A stretch of DNA of 64,000 nucleotides, taken from Pirellulales bacterium (lineage in GTDB: Bacteria > Planctomycetota > Planctomycetia > Pirellulales > PALSA-1355). Position numbers and translations under genes: made by a program. Where the stretch lies: positions 2,848,001 through 2,912,000 of the forward strand of contig CAVTBU010000005.1 in NCBI GenBank assembly GCA_963733035.1. The letters run 5' to 3'. Position 1 is the first letter of the stretch. The number at the start of each line of letters is the position of its first letter. This document shows positions 23,015 to 32,832 of the stretch, piece after piece. The notes under the pieces are model-generated. The model searched no databases. It was given only the letters and a program-made list of their open reading frames with translations, and was not told the origin of the DNA.

Positions 23015-24211
23015 GTGAACATCTACAAGCAATTAGGGCTGACGCCGATCATCAATGCCTCGGGAGCCGTGACGCGGCTTGGGGGCGCGCCGATGAGCGA
23101 TGCGGTGCTCGAGGCCTTCCGACAGGCGGCGGGTGAGTGTGTGCCGCTCGAACAGTTGCAGGGGGTCGCCTGTCGTCGGATCGCCGCAGCCACCGGAACC
23201 GAGGCTGGATTGGTGACTTCGGGGGCCGCGGCCGCGCTCACGCTGGGTACCGCTGCAATCCTGGCGAGAAACGACCTCTCGCGAATGGAACGCTTGCCGT
23301 GCTGCGAAAATTTTCCCGATGAGTTCGTGGTGGCCCGCGAACAGCGCAACGGTTACGACCATGCCGTGCGTGCGGCCGGTGCGCGGCTCGTGGAAGTCGG
23401 TTGTAATGAACTGGTGGCCGGGTCGGGCGTGAGGCGAACCGAGGCCTGGGAGTATGAAGCGGCCTTTGGTCCGCGAACCGCGGGCGTGCTGTACGTCATG
23501 ACCGACGGAGCGCGGCCTCCGCTGGACGAGCTGGTGAACATCGCACACAAGCATTATCTGCCGGTGCTGGTCGACGCGGCCGGTGAGTTGCCGCCGCGGG
23601 CGAATCTGAAGTCGATCGCTGCCAGCCGTGCCGATCTGGTGGCATTTAGCGGTGGCAAGGCAATCGGTGGTCCGCAGGCGAGCGGCATCCTGTGTGGACG
23701 TCGTGAATTGATTGGGTCGGCGGCGCTGCAGATGCTCGACATGGACGATCATCTGGAGCTCTGGGATCCGCCGGCGGAGCTGATCGACCGAGACAAGCTG
23801 CCAGGCATGCCACGGCACGGGATCGGCCGCGGGTTCAAGGTGGCGAAGGAGCAGATCGTGGCCCTGCTGGTGGCGCTAGAAGCATTTGAGAGCGGCGAGT
23901 ACGACGCGCAACTACCCGTTTATGAACGGCAATTGGAGAACATCGCCGGAGCGCTGTCCGATCGGCCGGTTCGCTGCCGGCTGCATGGTTCGGACGGCGA
24001 GCGGCTGCCGATCCTTGAAATCGTGGTCGACGAGACGAAACTTGGTCGCAGCGCCGTTGAGGTGTGCCGGCGGTTACGAGCGGGTTCGCCGCCATGCTAT
24101 GTGGGGCATGCGCGGCTGGCGCAGGGAGTGTTGACGATCAATCCGCTGCATCTGGACGACGAGCGGACCGCGGAACTCGCCCAGCGGCTACGTGCGGAAT
24201 TGAGCGAGTGA
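23015..24211 (+). CDS. SelA-like/DgaE-family PLP-dependent enzyme
   Basis: IINASGAVTRLGG, VTSGAAAAL, VDAAGE, FSGGKAIGGPQ (PLP lysine), GIGRGFKV. Confidence 0.8.
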   Translation: MNIYKQLGLTPIINASGAVTRLGGAPMSDAVLEAFRQAAGECVPLEQLQGVACRRIAAATGTEAGLVTSGAAAALTLGTAAILARNDLSRMERLPCCENFPDEFVVAREQRNGYDHAVRAAGARLVEVGCNELVAGSGVRRTEAWEYEAAFGPRTAGVLYVMTDGARPPLDELVNIAHKHYLPVLVDAAGELPPRANLKSIAASRADLVAFSGGKAIGGPQASGILCGRRELIGSAALQMLDMDDHLELWDPPAELIDRDKLPGMPRHGIGRGFKVAKEQIVALLVALEAFESGEYDAQLPVYERQLENIAGALSDRPVRCRLHGSDGERLPILEIVVDETKLGRSAVEVCRRLRAGSPPCYVGHARLAQGVLTINPLHLDDERTAELAQRLRAELSE

Positions 24212-24270
24212 TTTCGCGAGCCGTTCGCCGAAGCGGACGGCCGCCAGCGGTGGTGACAGCGCCGAATACC

Positions 24271-24717
24271 TTACGTTTCGACCGGTACTACGATCACGGT
24301 TCGCAGCGATCCTCGCATCACGTGCTCGGCCGTGGTGCCGAAGAGCAGCTTTTCGATCGGCCCTCGCGAACCAAAGCGACCCATGAGAATGGCGTCGACT
24401 TCGAAGTCCTCGGCCTTGCGGAGGATTTCGACGAAGGGCACCCCCTCGCAGACGATCGTTTGCACTTCAACGCGATCGCCGGCGCTCTCTTTGAGTGAAG
24501 CGAGTTCCTGCTCCGCCTGGGCTCTCATCTTTTCGACAATCATCTCGCGCGCTTCAAATCCCAGCCCGGTGGCAAATTCGACCAGCGCCGGGTCGATGGC
24601 ATGCAACAGGATCAGAGCGGCATCGTCGCCGCGAACCAGTTCCAGGGCCCGCTCAAAGACGCCGCGGGAAATAGGCGAAAGATCGACCGGCAGCAGCAGG
24701 GTATTGAGTTCGAACAT
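24271..24717 (-). CDS. Universal stress protein
   Basis: LLLPVDLS, ILMGRFG...LFGTTAEHVMR; AGGAAGG RBS. Confidence 0.9.
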   Translation of the reverse strand: MFELNTLLLPVDLSPISRGVFERALELVRGDDAALILLHAIDPALVEFATGLGFEAREMIVEKMRAQAEQELASLKESAGDRVEVQTIVCEGVPFVEILRKAEDFEVDAILMGRFGSRGPIEKLLFGTTAEHVMRGSLRTVIVVPVET

Positions 24718-24754
24718 GGAAGTACCTTCCTGTGGACCTGGAGCACCGTGCAAA

Positions 24755-24770
24755 TGCAATCCGTATGCCA
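24755..24770 (-). promoter_or_regulatory. sigma54 -24/-12 promoter for usp
   Basis: TGGCAT-ACGGA-TTGCA on the minus strand. Confidence 0.75.
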
Positions 24771-24824
24771 AGGGCTGATGCGTTCGACAACTTGCGAAGC
24801 TGGGCTGGGCAATTTTCCGGCAGT

Positions 24825-24858
24825 GTGCTCAAAATGCATGGCCTGAGCCAATTCGCAC
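24825..24858. promoter_or_regulatory. Candidate tandem upstream activator sequence between divergent sigma54 promoters
   Basis: GTGCTCAAAATGCA-N6-GAGCCAATTCGCAC; aligns with the reverse complement of 46548-46581. Confidence 0.5.
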
Positions 24859-24934
24859 GCTGCTATCAGCTTAAGGCGCCGCCCGTTGAAGGCAAGCTAC
24901 CGAATTCTGGGCATGCCTGCGGAGTGGCGAGTTT

Positions 24935-24950
24935 CGGCCCGCCGATTGCA
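24935..24950 (+). promoter_or_regulatory. sigma54 -24/-12 promoter for cytochrome c'-like gene and P-type ATPase
   Basis: CGGCCC-GCCGA-TTGCA (GG-N10-GC). Confidence 0.6.
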
Positions 24951-25009
24951 AAGTAAACTTTCTTGCGGCAATCGTCCCGAGTTCCCACGTTTTCAGAAGG
25001 AGTCTGGCG

Positions 25010-25426
25010 GTGATGAAAACATGCATAGTACTGACCTGCGGCCTGGTGTTGACCGCGCTGGTGGCCGGAGCAATCGCCGAGGAACCTCAGCATGAGGAGC
25101 CGGGCAGCTTTTGGATGAAGAAGAAGGTCGAGTACAGCGAGCGGATTCTGGAAGGCCTGGCGAAAGAGGACTATGAAGAGATCGCCAAGAGTGCCCGCTC
25201 GATGAGTGCTTTGACGCAGCTTGAAAAATGGGTGCGAGCCAGCGTGCCTGCGTATCGATCTCAGTTGCGGATCTTCGAGAACGCCAACGACCAGTTGATT
25301 CGCACGGCGGAAGCCGAGCAACTTGACGGCGCGGCCCTGGCTTACGTCCAATTGACGTTGAGTTGCGTCAATTGTCACAAAGTCGTCCGCGATAATCCGG
25401 CCGAGGCTGCACCACGAAAACCCTGA
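25010..25426 (+). CDS. Periplasmic cytochrome c'-like (class II) monoheme protein
   Basis: Signal peptide, helical body, C-terminal CVNCH; AAGGAG RBS. Confidence 0.75.
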   Translation: MMKTCIVLTCGLVLTALVAGAIAEEPQHEEPGSFWMKKKVEYSERILEGLAKEDYEEIAKSARSMSALTQLEKWVRASVPAYRSQLRIFENANDQLIRTAEAEQLDGAALAYVQLTLSCVNCHKVVRDNPAEAAPRKP

Positions 25427-25449
25427 GTTCAACCTTTGCGTCCGCTGCA

Positions 25450-27399
25450 TTGCTCCGGGGTACCAGGGCTCGGTCGCTCTGGTCGACGTGGGTGGCGCGC
25501 AAGGATGCGCTGATTGCCAGCCTGGCGCTAGCCGCGATTGCCACTTATTTGGTCCTGCGGTTTGCCGTGGGGCTCGAAGCGCGGTGGGCGAAAGCGCCGC
25601 TGATTTTCGCGCTCGCGATGGGGGGCGTTCCGCTCGTCTTCGAATTGGCGGTACGCGCCTGGCGCCGGCAGTTCGGTTCGGATCTGCTGGCCGGTATTTC
25701 GATTGTGACCTCGGTGTTGCTCGAAGAGTACCTGGCTGGCACGTTGGTGGTGTTGATGCTCTCGGGCGGCGGCGCCTTGGAGAATTACGCCGTGCGGAGT
25801 GCGTCCAGCGTGCTCGACGCGCTGGCCCGTCGCATGCCGTCGCTGGCGCATCGCAAGCAAGACGGCGGCCTGCTCGACGTGGCGCTCGACGACGTGGCGG
25901 TGGGAGACCAATTGGTTGTCTTGCCGCACGAAATCTGTCCGGTTGACGGCATCGTCGTGCTCGGGCATGGGGTAATGGACGAGTCGTATCTGACCGGCGA
26001 ACCCTATTTGATGTCGAAGACGCCCGGTTCGACGGTTCTGTCGGGGGCCATTAACGGCCATTCCGCACTGACGATCGAGGCCAGCCGCCTGGCGGTCGAC
26101 TCGCGCTATGCCAAGATCATGCAGGTGATGCGCGGCAGCGAACAGCAGCGGCCGCGCATTCGCCGGCTGGGAGATCAGCTGGGGGCATTCTACACGCCCC
26201 TGGCGGTGGCGATTGCCGTGGCGGCCTGGACGGTCAGCGGCGACCCGATTCGCTTCTTGGCGGTGCTGGTGGTGGCGACTCCATGTCCGCTGTTGATTGC
26301 GATTCCCGTGGCAATCATCGGATCGATTTCGCTGGCCGCGCGGCGCGGGATCATCATCAAGGACCCGGCCATCCTTGAGCAGGTGGAAAAATGCCGCGTG
26401 GTGATTCTGGACAAGACCGGCACGCTCACCTACGGCAAACCGCACTTGATTGCGCAGTACGTTGCAGCCGACGGCGACCGGCGGCGTGTGTTGCTTTTCG
26501 CGGCCAGCCTGGAACGCTACTCCAAGCATCCGTTGGCCGCCGCACTTCTCGAGGCCGCGCAAGCGGAAGAGCTAAAATTGCTCGATGCCAGTGCCGTTGG
26601 AGAATTGCCGGGCGAAGGCCTGGCCGGCACGGTCGATGGTCACGAAGTCCGTATCGCCAGCCGAAAACAAATTGAAGCACTCGATCCGGACGCCGGCGCG
26701 AATTTTCCGCCGACGGTGGGTGGACTTGAGTGTTGCGTGGCCATCGACGGCCGCTATGCGGCGACCTATGGCTTTCGCGACGAACCGCGGGCCGAGGGAT
26801 TTTCCTTCGTGGGGCATTTGCGCCCTCAGCACCATATCGAGCGGATCCTGCTCGTCTCGGGAGATCGCGAAAGCGAGGTCCGCTATCTGGCTGATCAGGT
26901 CGGCATCACCGAAATCTACGCTGGCCAAAGCCCCGAACAAAAACTGGAACTGGTGCGGCGCGAGACGTCCCAAGCGAAGACGCTGTTTCTTGGCGACGGC
27001 ATCAACGATGCGCCGGCGCTGACCGCCGCTACGGTGGGAATTGCCTTCGGCCAAAACAGCGACATCACGTCGGAAGCGGCCGGGGCGGTTATCATGGACA
27101 CCTCGCTCGCCAGAGTCGATGAATTCCTGCACATCGGCCGTCGCATGCGCCGCGTGGCCCTGGAGAGTGCCCTGGCGGGAATGACGCTGAGCCTGGTGGG
27201 CATGGGTTTGGCTGCCGCCGGCTACCTGCCGCCCGTGGCCGGCGCCGTCGCCCAGGAAGTGATCGACCTGGTGGCGGTGCTGAACGCGGTTCGAGTGGCA
27301 ATCCCCCCGCGTTCGCTTTCCGACTATCAGCGGTTTGACCGCGTCGAGCGAACCGAAGCCGGCGGAATGTCGCGGACAGGGGCCGCGAAAGAGATATAA
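25450..27399 (+). CDS. Heavy-metal P-type ATPase, P1B-5-type
   Basis: [30 protein letters not shown]; start uncertain. Confidence 0.88.
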   Translation: MLRGTRARSLWSTWVARKDALIASLALAAIATYLVLRFAVGLEARWAKAPLIFALAMGGVPLVFELAVRAWRRQFGSDLLAGISIVTSVLLEEYLAGTLVVLMLSGGGALENYAVRSASSVLDALARRMPSLAHRKQDGGLLDVALDDVAVGDQLVVLPHEICPVDGIVVLGHGVMDESYLTGEPYLMSKTPGSTVLSGAINGHSALTIEASRLAVDSRYAKIMQVMRGSEQQRPRIRRLGDQLGAFYTPLAVAIAVAAWTVSGDPIRFLAVLVVATPCPLLIAIPVAIIGSISLAARRGIIIKDPAILEQVEKCRVVILDKTGTLTYGKPHLIAQYVAADGDRRRVLLFAASLERYSKHPLAAALLEAAQAEELKLLDASAVGELPGEGLAGTVDGHEVRIASRKQIEALDPDAGANFPPTVGGLECCVAIDGRYAATYGFRDEPRAEGFSFVGHLRPQHHIERILLVSGDRESEVRYLADQVGITEIYAGQSPEQKLELVRRETSQAKTLFLGDGINDAPALTAATVGIAFGQNSDITSEAAGAVIMDTSLARVDEFLHIGRRMRRVALESALAGMTLSLVGMGLAAAGYLPPVAGAVAQEVIDLVAVLNAVRVAIPPRSLSDYQRFDRVERTEAGGMSRTGAAKEI

Positions 27400-27495
27400 T
27401 TGTCTGCGGGCTAAGACCTCTTCTGGCAGTTCGTTCCGTACCGAAGCCCAGGGCACCTCATTTCTCTCCGCGAGAACCACCGGGAGACTGTTGCC

Positions 27496-28926
27496 ATGCG
27501 ACGACGTGAGTTTCTTGTCACCGCGGCCGCGGCGACCTTGTCGAGTAACTTGCTTTTGCGGCGCGGACGCGCACATGAAACCGATCAGGAAGTCTGCCGC
27601 ACCTATGCCTCCCCCGCCGAGGCGATGGCTTCACCACGCGAACGAGACTTGTTCGTGACGGCCCTGCGGGTTGGAATCAACGACGCGCAGCCGGACTATC
27701 TGGCGGTGGTCGACGTGGATCCGAGCTCCAGAACGTATTCAAAAGTGGTGCACCGCGTGATGATGCCCACGCCGGGCGACGAGTTGCATCACTTCGGCTG
27801 GAATGCCTGCAGCAGTTGCCACGGCAAAGAAGGCGCGATGCGGCGCTATTTGATCGTGCCGGGTTTGAAGTCCGGAAACATTCATGTTCTCGATGCCGAG
27901 CACCCGCGGGCGACAAAGCTGCACAAGGTGATCGACGGCCAGCAGATTGCCGCTCGGACCAATCTGAGCGCCCCGCACACCGTGCATTGCCTGCCGAACG
28001 GGCAAATCATGATCTCGATGCTCGGCGACGCCCAGGGCGACACGCCGGGCGGTTTTCTGCTGCTGAACGAAAAATTCGAGGTCGCCGGTCACTGGGAACC
28101 GAAGCATAGCGGGCTGGAGTTCAACTACGACTTCTGGTACCAACCGCGGCACAACGTGATGGTTTCCAGCGAGTGGGGCGCGCCAAAAACGTTCGGCGGC
28201 GGATTCGACCTGAAGGACGTCGAGGCCGGAAAGTACGGGCACTCGCTGCTGTTTTGGGATTGGGACGCGCGGAAGCTGGTCGAAAAGATCGATCTGGGTC
28301 CGCAGGGCATGATTCCACTGGAAGTGCGGTTCCACCACGATCCGGACAGCACGCACGGATTCGTCGGCGCGGCCCTGTCGAGCACGATGTGGCATTGGCA
28401 TCAGGCCAATGGCCAGTGGCAGGTCGAGAAAGTGATCGAAGTCGAGCCGGTCGAAACCAAGGGCTGGCCGTTTCCCGTGCCGGGACTGATCACCGACTTG
28501 CTGGTGTCGATGGACGATAAATTCTTGTATTTCTCAAACTGGCTGCACGGCGATCTGCGGCAATACGACATCAGCGATCCGGCCGAGCCGAAACTAACCG
28601 GCCAATTGTGGTTGGGGGGCGTGATTGGACGCTCGGGCAAGTTTCGCGACCGCGACTTCGTGGGCGGTCCGCAAATGTTGCAGCTTAGTCTGGATGGGCG
28701 GCGGTTGTACGTTACCAATTCTCTGTACAGCAGTTGGGACAACGAGTTCTACCCCGAGATGGCGAAAGCCGGCTCGTCGCTGATGCGGATCGACTGCGAC
28801 CCGGCTGGTGGCATGAAACTGAACGAAGACTTCTACGTCGATTTTGGCCAGGAACCTGGTGGTCCGGCGCGGGCGCATGAGATGCGTTTCCCGGGCGGTG
28901 ACTGCACGAGCGACATTTGGGTGTAG
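27496..28926 (+). CDS. SBP56/SELENBP1-family protein (methanethiol oxidase-like) with Tat signal
   Basis: MRRREFL; DELHHFGWNACSSC, PHTVHC, YDFWYQPRHNVMVSSEW, PLEVRF, SNWLHGD, GGPQMLQLSLDG, GGDCTSDIW. Confidence 0.92.
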   Translation: MRRREFLVTAAAATLSSNLLLRRGRAHETDQEVCRTYASPAEAMASPRERDLFVTALRVGINDAQPDYLAVVDVDPSSRTYSKVVHRVMMPTPGDELHHFGWNACSSCHGKEGAMRRYLIVPGLKSGNIHVLDAEHPRATKLHKVIDGQQIAARTNLSAPHTVHCLPNGQIMISMLGDAQGDTPGGFLLLNEKFEVAGHWEPKHSGLEFNYDFWYQPRHNVMVSSEWGAPKTFGGGFDLKDVEAGKYGHSLLFWDWDARKLVEKIDLGPQGMIPLEVRFHHDPDSTHGFVGAALSSTMWHWHQANGQWQVEKVIEVEPVETKGWPFPVPGLITDLLVSMDDKFLYFSNWLHGDLRQYDISDPAEPKLTGQLWLGGVIGRSGKFRDRDFVGGPQMLQLSLDGRRLYVTNSLYSSWDNEFYPEMAKAGSSLMRIDCDPAGGMKLNEDFYVDFGQEPGGPARAHEMRFPGGDCTSDIWV

Positions 28927-28947
28927 TGGCGCAAAGGGGGAGGCACG

Positions 28948-29721
28948 ATGGAAAAATCGGTCGTTGATTTCAGTGTCGAGGGCGAAATCGGACTGATCGC
29001 GCTCAACAATCCCGAGCGGCGAAACGTGCTTTCGCGGATGGCGCTGCGGCAGCTCGTGAAGAGCCTGGATTCGGCCGAAGCCGATGGCGATGTGAAGTGC
29101 GTCATTCTGCGTTCGACCGGAAACGTGTTTTCGGCGGGGCACGACCTGCGCGAGGTCGTCGAAGCATCCGACGCGGAGCGCGAGAGTCTGTTCGCACTCT
29201 GCTCGGAAGTGATGCAGATGATTCGCGGGCTTTCGCTACCGGTCATTGCCGAGGTACAGGGCATTGCCACCGCGGCCGGCTGTCAGTTGGCGGCCACCTG
29301 CGATTTGATCGTCGCGGCCGAGGAAGCCAGCTTTGCCACGCCGGGCATCAAAATCGGGCTGTTCTGCTCGACGCCAGCGGTGGCCATCTCGCGGGTGATC
29401 AGCCCCAAGAAAGCGATGGAGATGCTGCTGACCGCCGAGCCCGTGGCGGCCCGCGAAGCCGAGCGGATCGGGTTGGTCAATCGGGTGGTCGCGCGCGAAG
29501 AGCTCCCCGAGGCCACGATGAGGCTCGCCCAACAGATTGCCATGGCCAGTCCGTACACGATCGGTCTGGGTAAGAAGGCGTTTTACGATCAGATTGCCCT
29601 CGACGTGGAGCAGGCGTACGCGCTGACCGAAAAGATCATGGTGGAAAACGCCCGGGCGGCGGATGCGATCGAGGGAATGCAGGCGTTTTTGGAGCGCCGG
29701 CCGCCCCGTTGGGGAAAGTGA
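28948..29721 (+). CDS. Enoyl-CoA hydratase/crotonase family protein (ECHDC3-like)
   Basis: FSAGHDL, ATAAGCQL, GLFCSTPAVA, EGMQAFLERR. Confidence 0.9.
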   Translation: MEKSVVDFSVEGEIGLIALNNPERRNVLSRMALRQLVKSLDSAEADGDVKCVILRSTGNVFSAGHDLREVVEASDAERESLFALCSEVMQMIRGLSLPVIAEVQGIATAAGCQLAATCDLIVAAEEASFATPGIKIGLFCSTPAVAISRVISPKKAMEMLLTAEPVAAREAERIGLVNRVVAREELPEATMRLAQQIAMASPYTIGLGKKAFYDQIALDVEQAYALTEKIMVENARAADAIEGMQAFLERRPPRWGK

Positions 29722-29728
29722 TGCCGCC

Positions 29729-29757
29729 TTGTTACGCCCCGTGGGCGATTCTAAACT
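29729..29757 (+). promoter_or_regulatory. Candidate sigma70-type promoter for the mutase cluster
   Basis: TTGTTA-17 bp-TAAACT. Confidence 0.4.
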
Positions 29758-29813
29758 AAAGGTTTCCAACCCTCGTGCTGGTTCCAGCTTTCGTGATTTG
29801 AGGAACTCCGCCA

Positions 29814-31462
29814 ATGGCTACCGCCATGGATCGCAAGCTTTGGGCCAAGTGGCAAGCGGAAATCGAAAAGGCCCCGCCACCTGCGTTGCCACCGACGACG
29901 GTGAGCAGCGTGCCCATCGATCCACTGTACACGCCGGACAATCTCGACGGCTTCGATTATGACAGCGAGTTGGGCTATCCGGGGCAGTATCCGTATACGC
30001 GTGGCGTGCATGCCACGATGTATCGCGGACGGTTGTGGACGATGCGGCAGTTTGCCGGCTTCGGTACCGCGCGGCAGACGAACGAGCGATTCAAGTTCCT
30101 GGTCGCCAAGGGGCAGACCGGTCTGAGCACGGCGTTCGACTTGCCCACGTTGATGGGTCTCGACAGCGACGATCCCCGTTCCTTTGGCGAAGTTGGCCGC
30201 TTGGGCGTGGCGATGGACACCATCGACGACATGCGGCAATTGTTCGACGGCATCGACATCGAAAAGCTGTCGGTGTCGATGACGATCAACGCGCCGGCGG
30301 CCATCGTGATGGCCTTCTACCTGGCCAATGCCGAGGACCGCGGCTTCGACTGGAAAAAGATGCGGGGTACGATTCAAAACGACACGCTCAAGGAGTTTCA
30401 CGCTCAGAACGAAATCTTCTTTCCGCCCGAGCCGTCGGTGCGGTTGGCGATCGACGTGGTCGAGTTCTGCGCGCACCACGTGCCGCAATGGAATCCGGTG
30501 TCGATCAGCGGTTATCACATTCGCGAGGCGGGTTCCACCGCCGCGCAGGAGCTCGCATTCACGCTGGCGGACGGTTTTCACTACGTCGACCAGTCGCTGG
30601 AGCGCGGACTGGACGTCGATCAGTTTGCCGGCAGGTTGAGCTTCTTCTTCAACGCCCATAACGACCTGTTCGAGGAAATCGCGAAATACCGCGCGCGCGC
30701 AGCGTGTGGGCCGACCGGCTGCGGAATCACTACGGCGCGAAGAAGGAAGCCTCGTGGAAGCTGCGGTTCCATGCCCAGACGGCGGGATGTTCGTTACAAG
30801 ACAAGCAACCCGAAGTAAATTTGATTCGCGTGGCCTATCAAGCTCTAGCCGCGGTGCTCGGCGGTTGCCAGTCGCTGCATACCAATAGCATGGATGAGAC
30901 ACTGGCGCTCCCTTCGGAGCATGCCGTGACGCTGGCCTTGCGCACGCAGCAGGTGTTGGCCTATGAGACGGGTGTCACGAATACGGCGGACCCCGTGGGT
31001 GGCAGCTACTTTGTGGAAACACTCACCCGGCAAATGGCCGACGAGGCGCGTCGATACTTTGAACGAATCGACGAGCTGGGGGGCATGCTGGCGGCGATTG
31101 ATCGGGGGTTTTTCCGCCGGGAGATTGCCGAGGCGGCGTTTGAATACCAGCGAGAAGTCGACGCCAGGCACAAGCTGATAGTGGGCGTCAACGCTTTCCA
31201 GGAAACTGAGGAGAAGCCGCTCGACATCCTGCAGATTGATCAAGCCGTGGAAACCGAGCAGGTTGCCGCGCTCGATCGCGTGAAGGCCGATCGCAGCCGG
31301 CAGGACGTCCACCGCGCACTCGATGCTGTGCGCCGCGCGGCCGAAGCCAAGGAGAATCTCCTGCCGTCGCTGATCGAGGCTGCCCGCTCCCGCGCCACTG
31401 TGGGCGAAACAATGCATGCGCTGGCAGACGTTTACGGTCGTTGTGATACGGCGGTGGTGTAA
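29814..31462 (+). CDS. icmA: B12-dependent acyl-CoA mutase large subunit, isobutyryl-CoA mutase-type (apparent frameshift near 30695)
   Basis: [60 protein letters not shown]; no fused B12 domain. Confidence 0.8.
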
Positions 31463-31519
31463 CAGCTCACTTCTCCGCAAGACTCCCGTTTTAGATCTCC
31501 TGGTTGGTAGGGCCTTCCG

Positions 31520-32407
31520 ATGATCGAAGATGCCGCAACCAGCCGCAGCAGGAACACGGCAATGTCGACAGCCGAGGTAGTCCCCGATTTCCTGATCGTG
31601 GGCACGATGAAGTCGGGCACGACCACGTTGGCCGACTATCTGAGCGTGCATCCGGCGATTTGGATTCCCGAGCAGGAAGTTCAGTTTTTCAACAACGAGC
31701 GAAATTTTGCCCGTGGACCGGGCTGGTATTCGCGGAAGTTGACTGAAGGCTGTCCCCCGGATCGAATCGCGGAAATGACGATTGGCGAAAAGACGCCGAC
31801 GTACTCCTACCAGAAGAACTGTGCGCAGCGGATCAAGGATTTGTGTCCGAATGTCAAGCTGGTTTGGATTTTTCGCAATCCGGTGCAACGGACCTTTTCG
31901 AATTACCTGCACTCGCTCAAGAATGGCTCGGAACTTGCCGACTTTCCGACGGCCGTCGAGCGCGAATTGGAGAACAAGAATCGGGATCGTTTTCGCAACT
32001 ACATCGAGCGCAGCAAGTATGCCGATCAGGTCGAGCACTTTCTGACGTTATTTGAGCGCGACCAGATGCATTTCCTGGTGTTCATGCACTTGATTTCCCA
32101 GCCGCTGGAGGAACTGAACAAGGTTCTCCGTTTTCTCGGATTGGACGAATTCGAGGCCGAGCCGCCGCCAATGGCTTCGAACACGACCACCTTGCCGGCC
32201 AGTCCGTTATCGATGTGGGTCACGAAAAAAGTTTTCGGCAGCGAAAGCAAGCCTTACCGCTTGATGCGGCGCATCAATTACTTGTATCCGCGTCCGAAAC
32301 CGAAGTTTCCACCTGAGCTGAAAGAGAAACTGGCACGGGAATTTGACGCTTCCAACGCGCGTTTGGCCGAGTTGACGGGGTTGGACTTGAGTATTTGGAA
32401 GAGTTAG
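31520..32407 (+). CDS. PAPS-dependent sulfotransferase
   Basis: PDFLIVGTMKSGTTTL (5'-PSB), GEKTPTY, FRNPVQRTFSNY (3'-PB); start may be 31562. Confidence 0.88.
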   Translation: MIEDAATSRSRNTAMSTAEVVPDFLIVGTMKSGTTTLADYLSVHPAIWIPEQEVQFFNNERNFARGPGWYSRKLTEGCPPDRIAEMTIGEKTPTYSYQKNCAQRIKDLCPNVKLVWIFRNPVQRTFSNYLHSLKNGSELADFPTAVERELENKNRDRFRNYIERSKYADQVEHFLTLFERDQMHFLVFMHLISQPLEELNKVLRFLGLDEFEAEPPPMASNTTTLPASPLSMWVTKKVFGSESKPYRLMRRINYLYPRPKPKFPPELKEKLAREFDASNARLAELTGLDLSIWKS

Positions 32408-32421
32408 CAAAAGGGCCGATC

Positions 32422-32832
32422 ATGAACGAGCAACCCCCGTTACGAATTGTTCTCGCCAAGGTTGGCCTGGACGGACACGACCGCGGGGTCAAGGTGGTGA
32501 CGCGCGCCTTGCGCGATGCTGGTTTCCACGTGATTTATCCGGGACTCTGGCAATCGCCGGAGGCGGTGGTGCGCACCGTGGCGGACGAAGACGCCGACTG
32601 GCTTGGCATTAGCCTGCTCAGCGGCACGCACATGACGCTGGTGCCGAGAATCATCGAGTTGCTGAAAGCCGAAGGCCTGGACCATGTTGGTGTATTGGTG
32701 GGTGGAATCATTCCCGAGGCCGATATTCCGAAGCTCCGCGAGATCGGCGTGGCCCGGGTGTTTGGGCCCGGCACGGCGATGAACGAGATTATCGCATTCT
32801 TGCGCGACGAGGGGAGCCGGACGCATGCTTAG
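32422..32832 (+). CDS. icmB: Cobalamin-binding small subunit of acyl-CoA mutase
   Basis: AKVGLDGHDRG (DxHxxG), SLLSGTH, VGGIIP, FGPGT. Confidence 0.88.
   Translation: MNEQPPLRIVLAKVGLDGHDRGVKVVTRALRDAGFHVIYPGLWQSPEAVVRTVADEDADWLGISLLSGTHMTLVPRIIELLKAEGLDHVGVLVGGIIPEADIPKLREIGVARVFGPGTAMNEIIAFLRDEGSRTHA

Noticed and set aside
23015..28926. Selenium-utilisation cluster (SelA-like plus selenium-binding protein)
   Set aside because: The SelA-like protein looks DgaE-type, no selB, selD or tRNA-Sec is present, and SBP56 proteins are thiol oxidases
29722..29813. Cobalamin riboswitch before the mutase
   Set aside because: Too short and no B12-box recognised
30690..30701. Programmed frameshift or phase-variable (CG)n tract in the mutase
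   Set aside because: Same context as many other indels in unrelated genes; sequencing error is simpler
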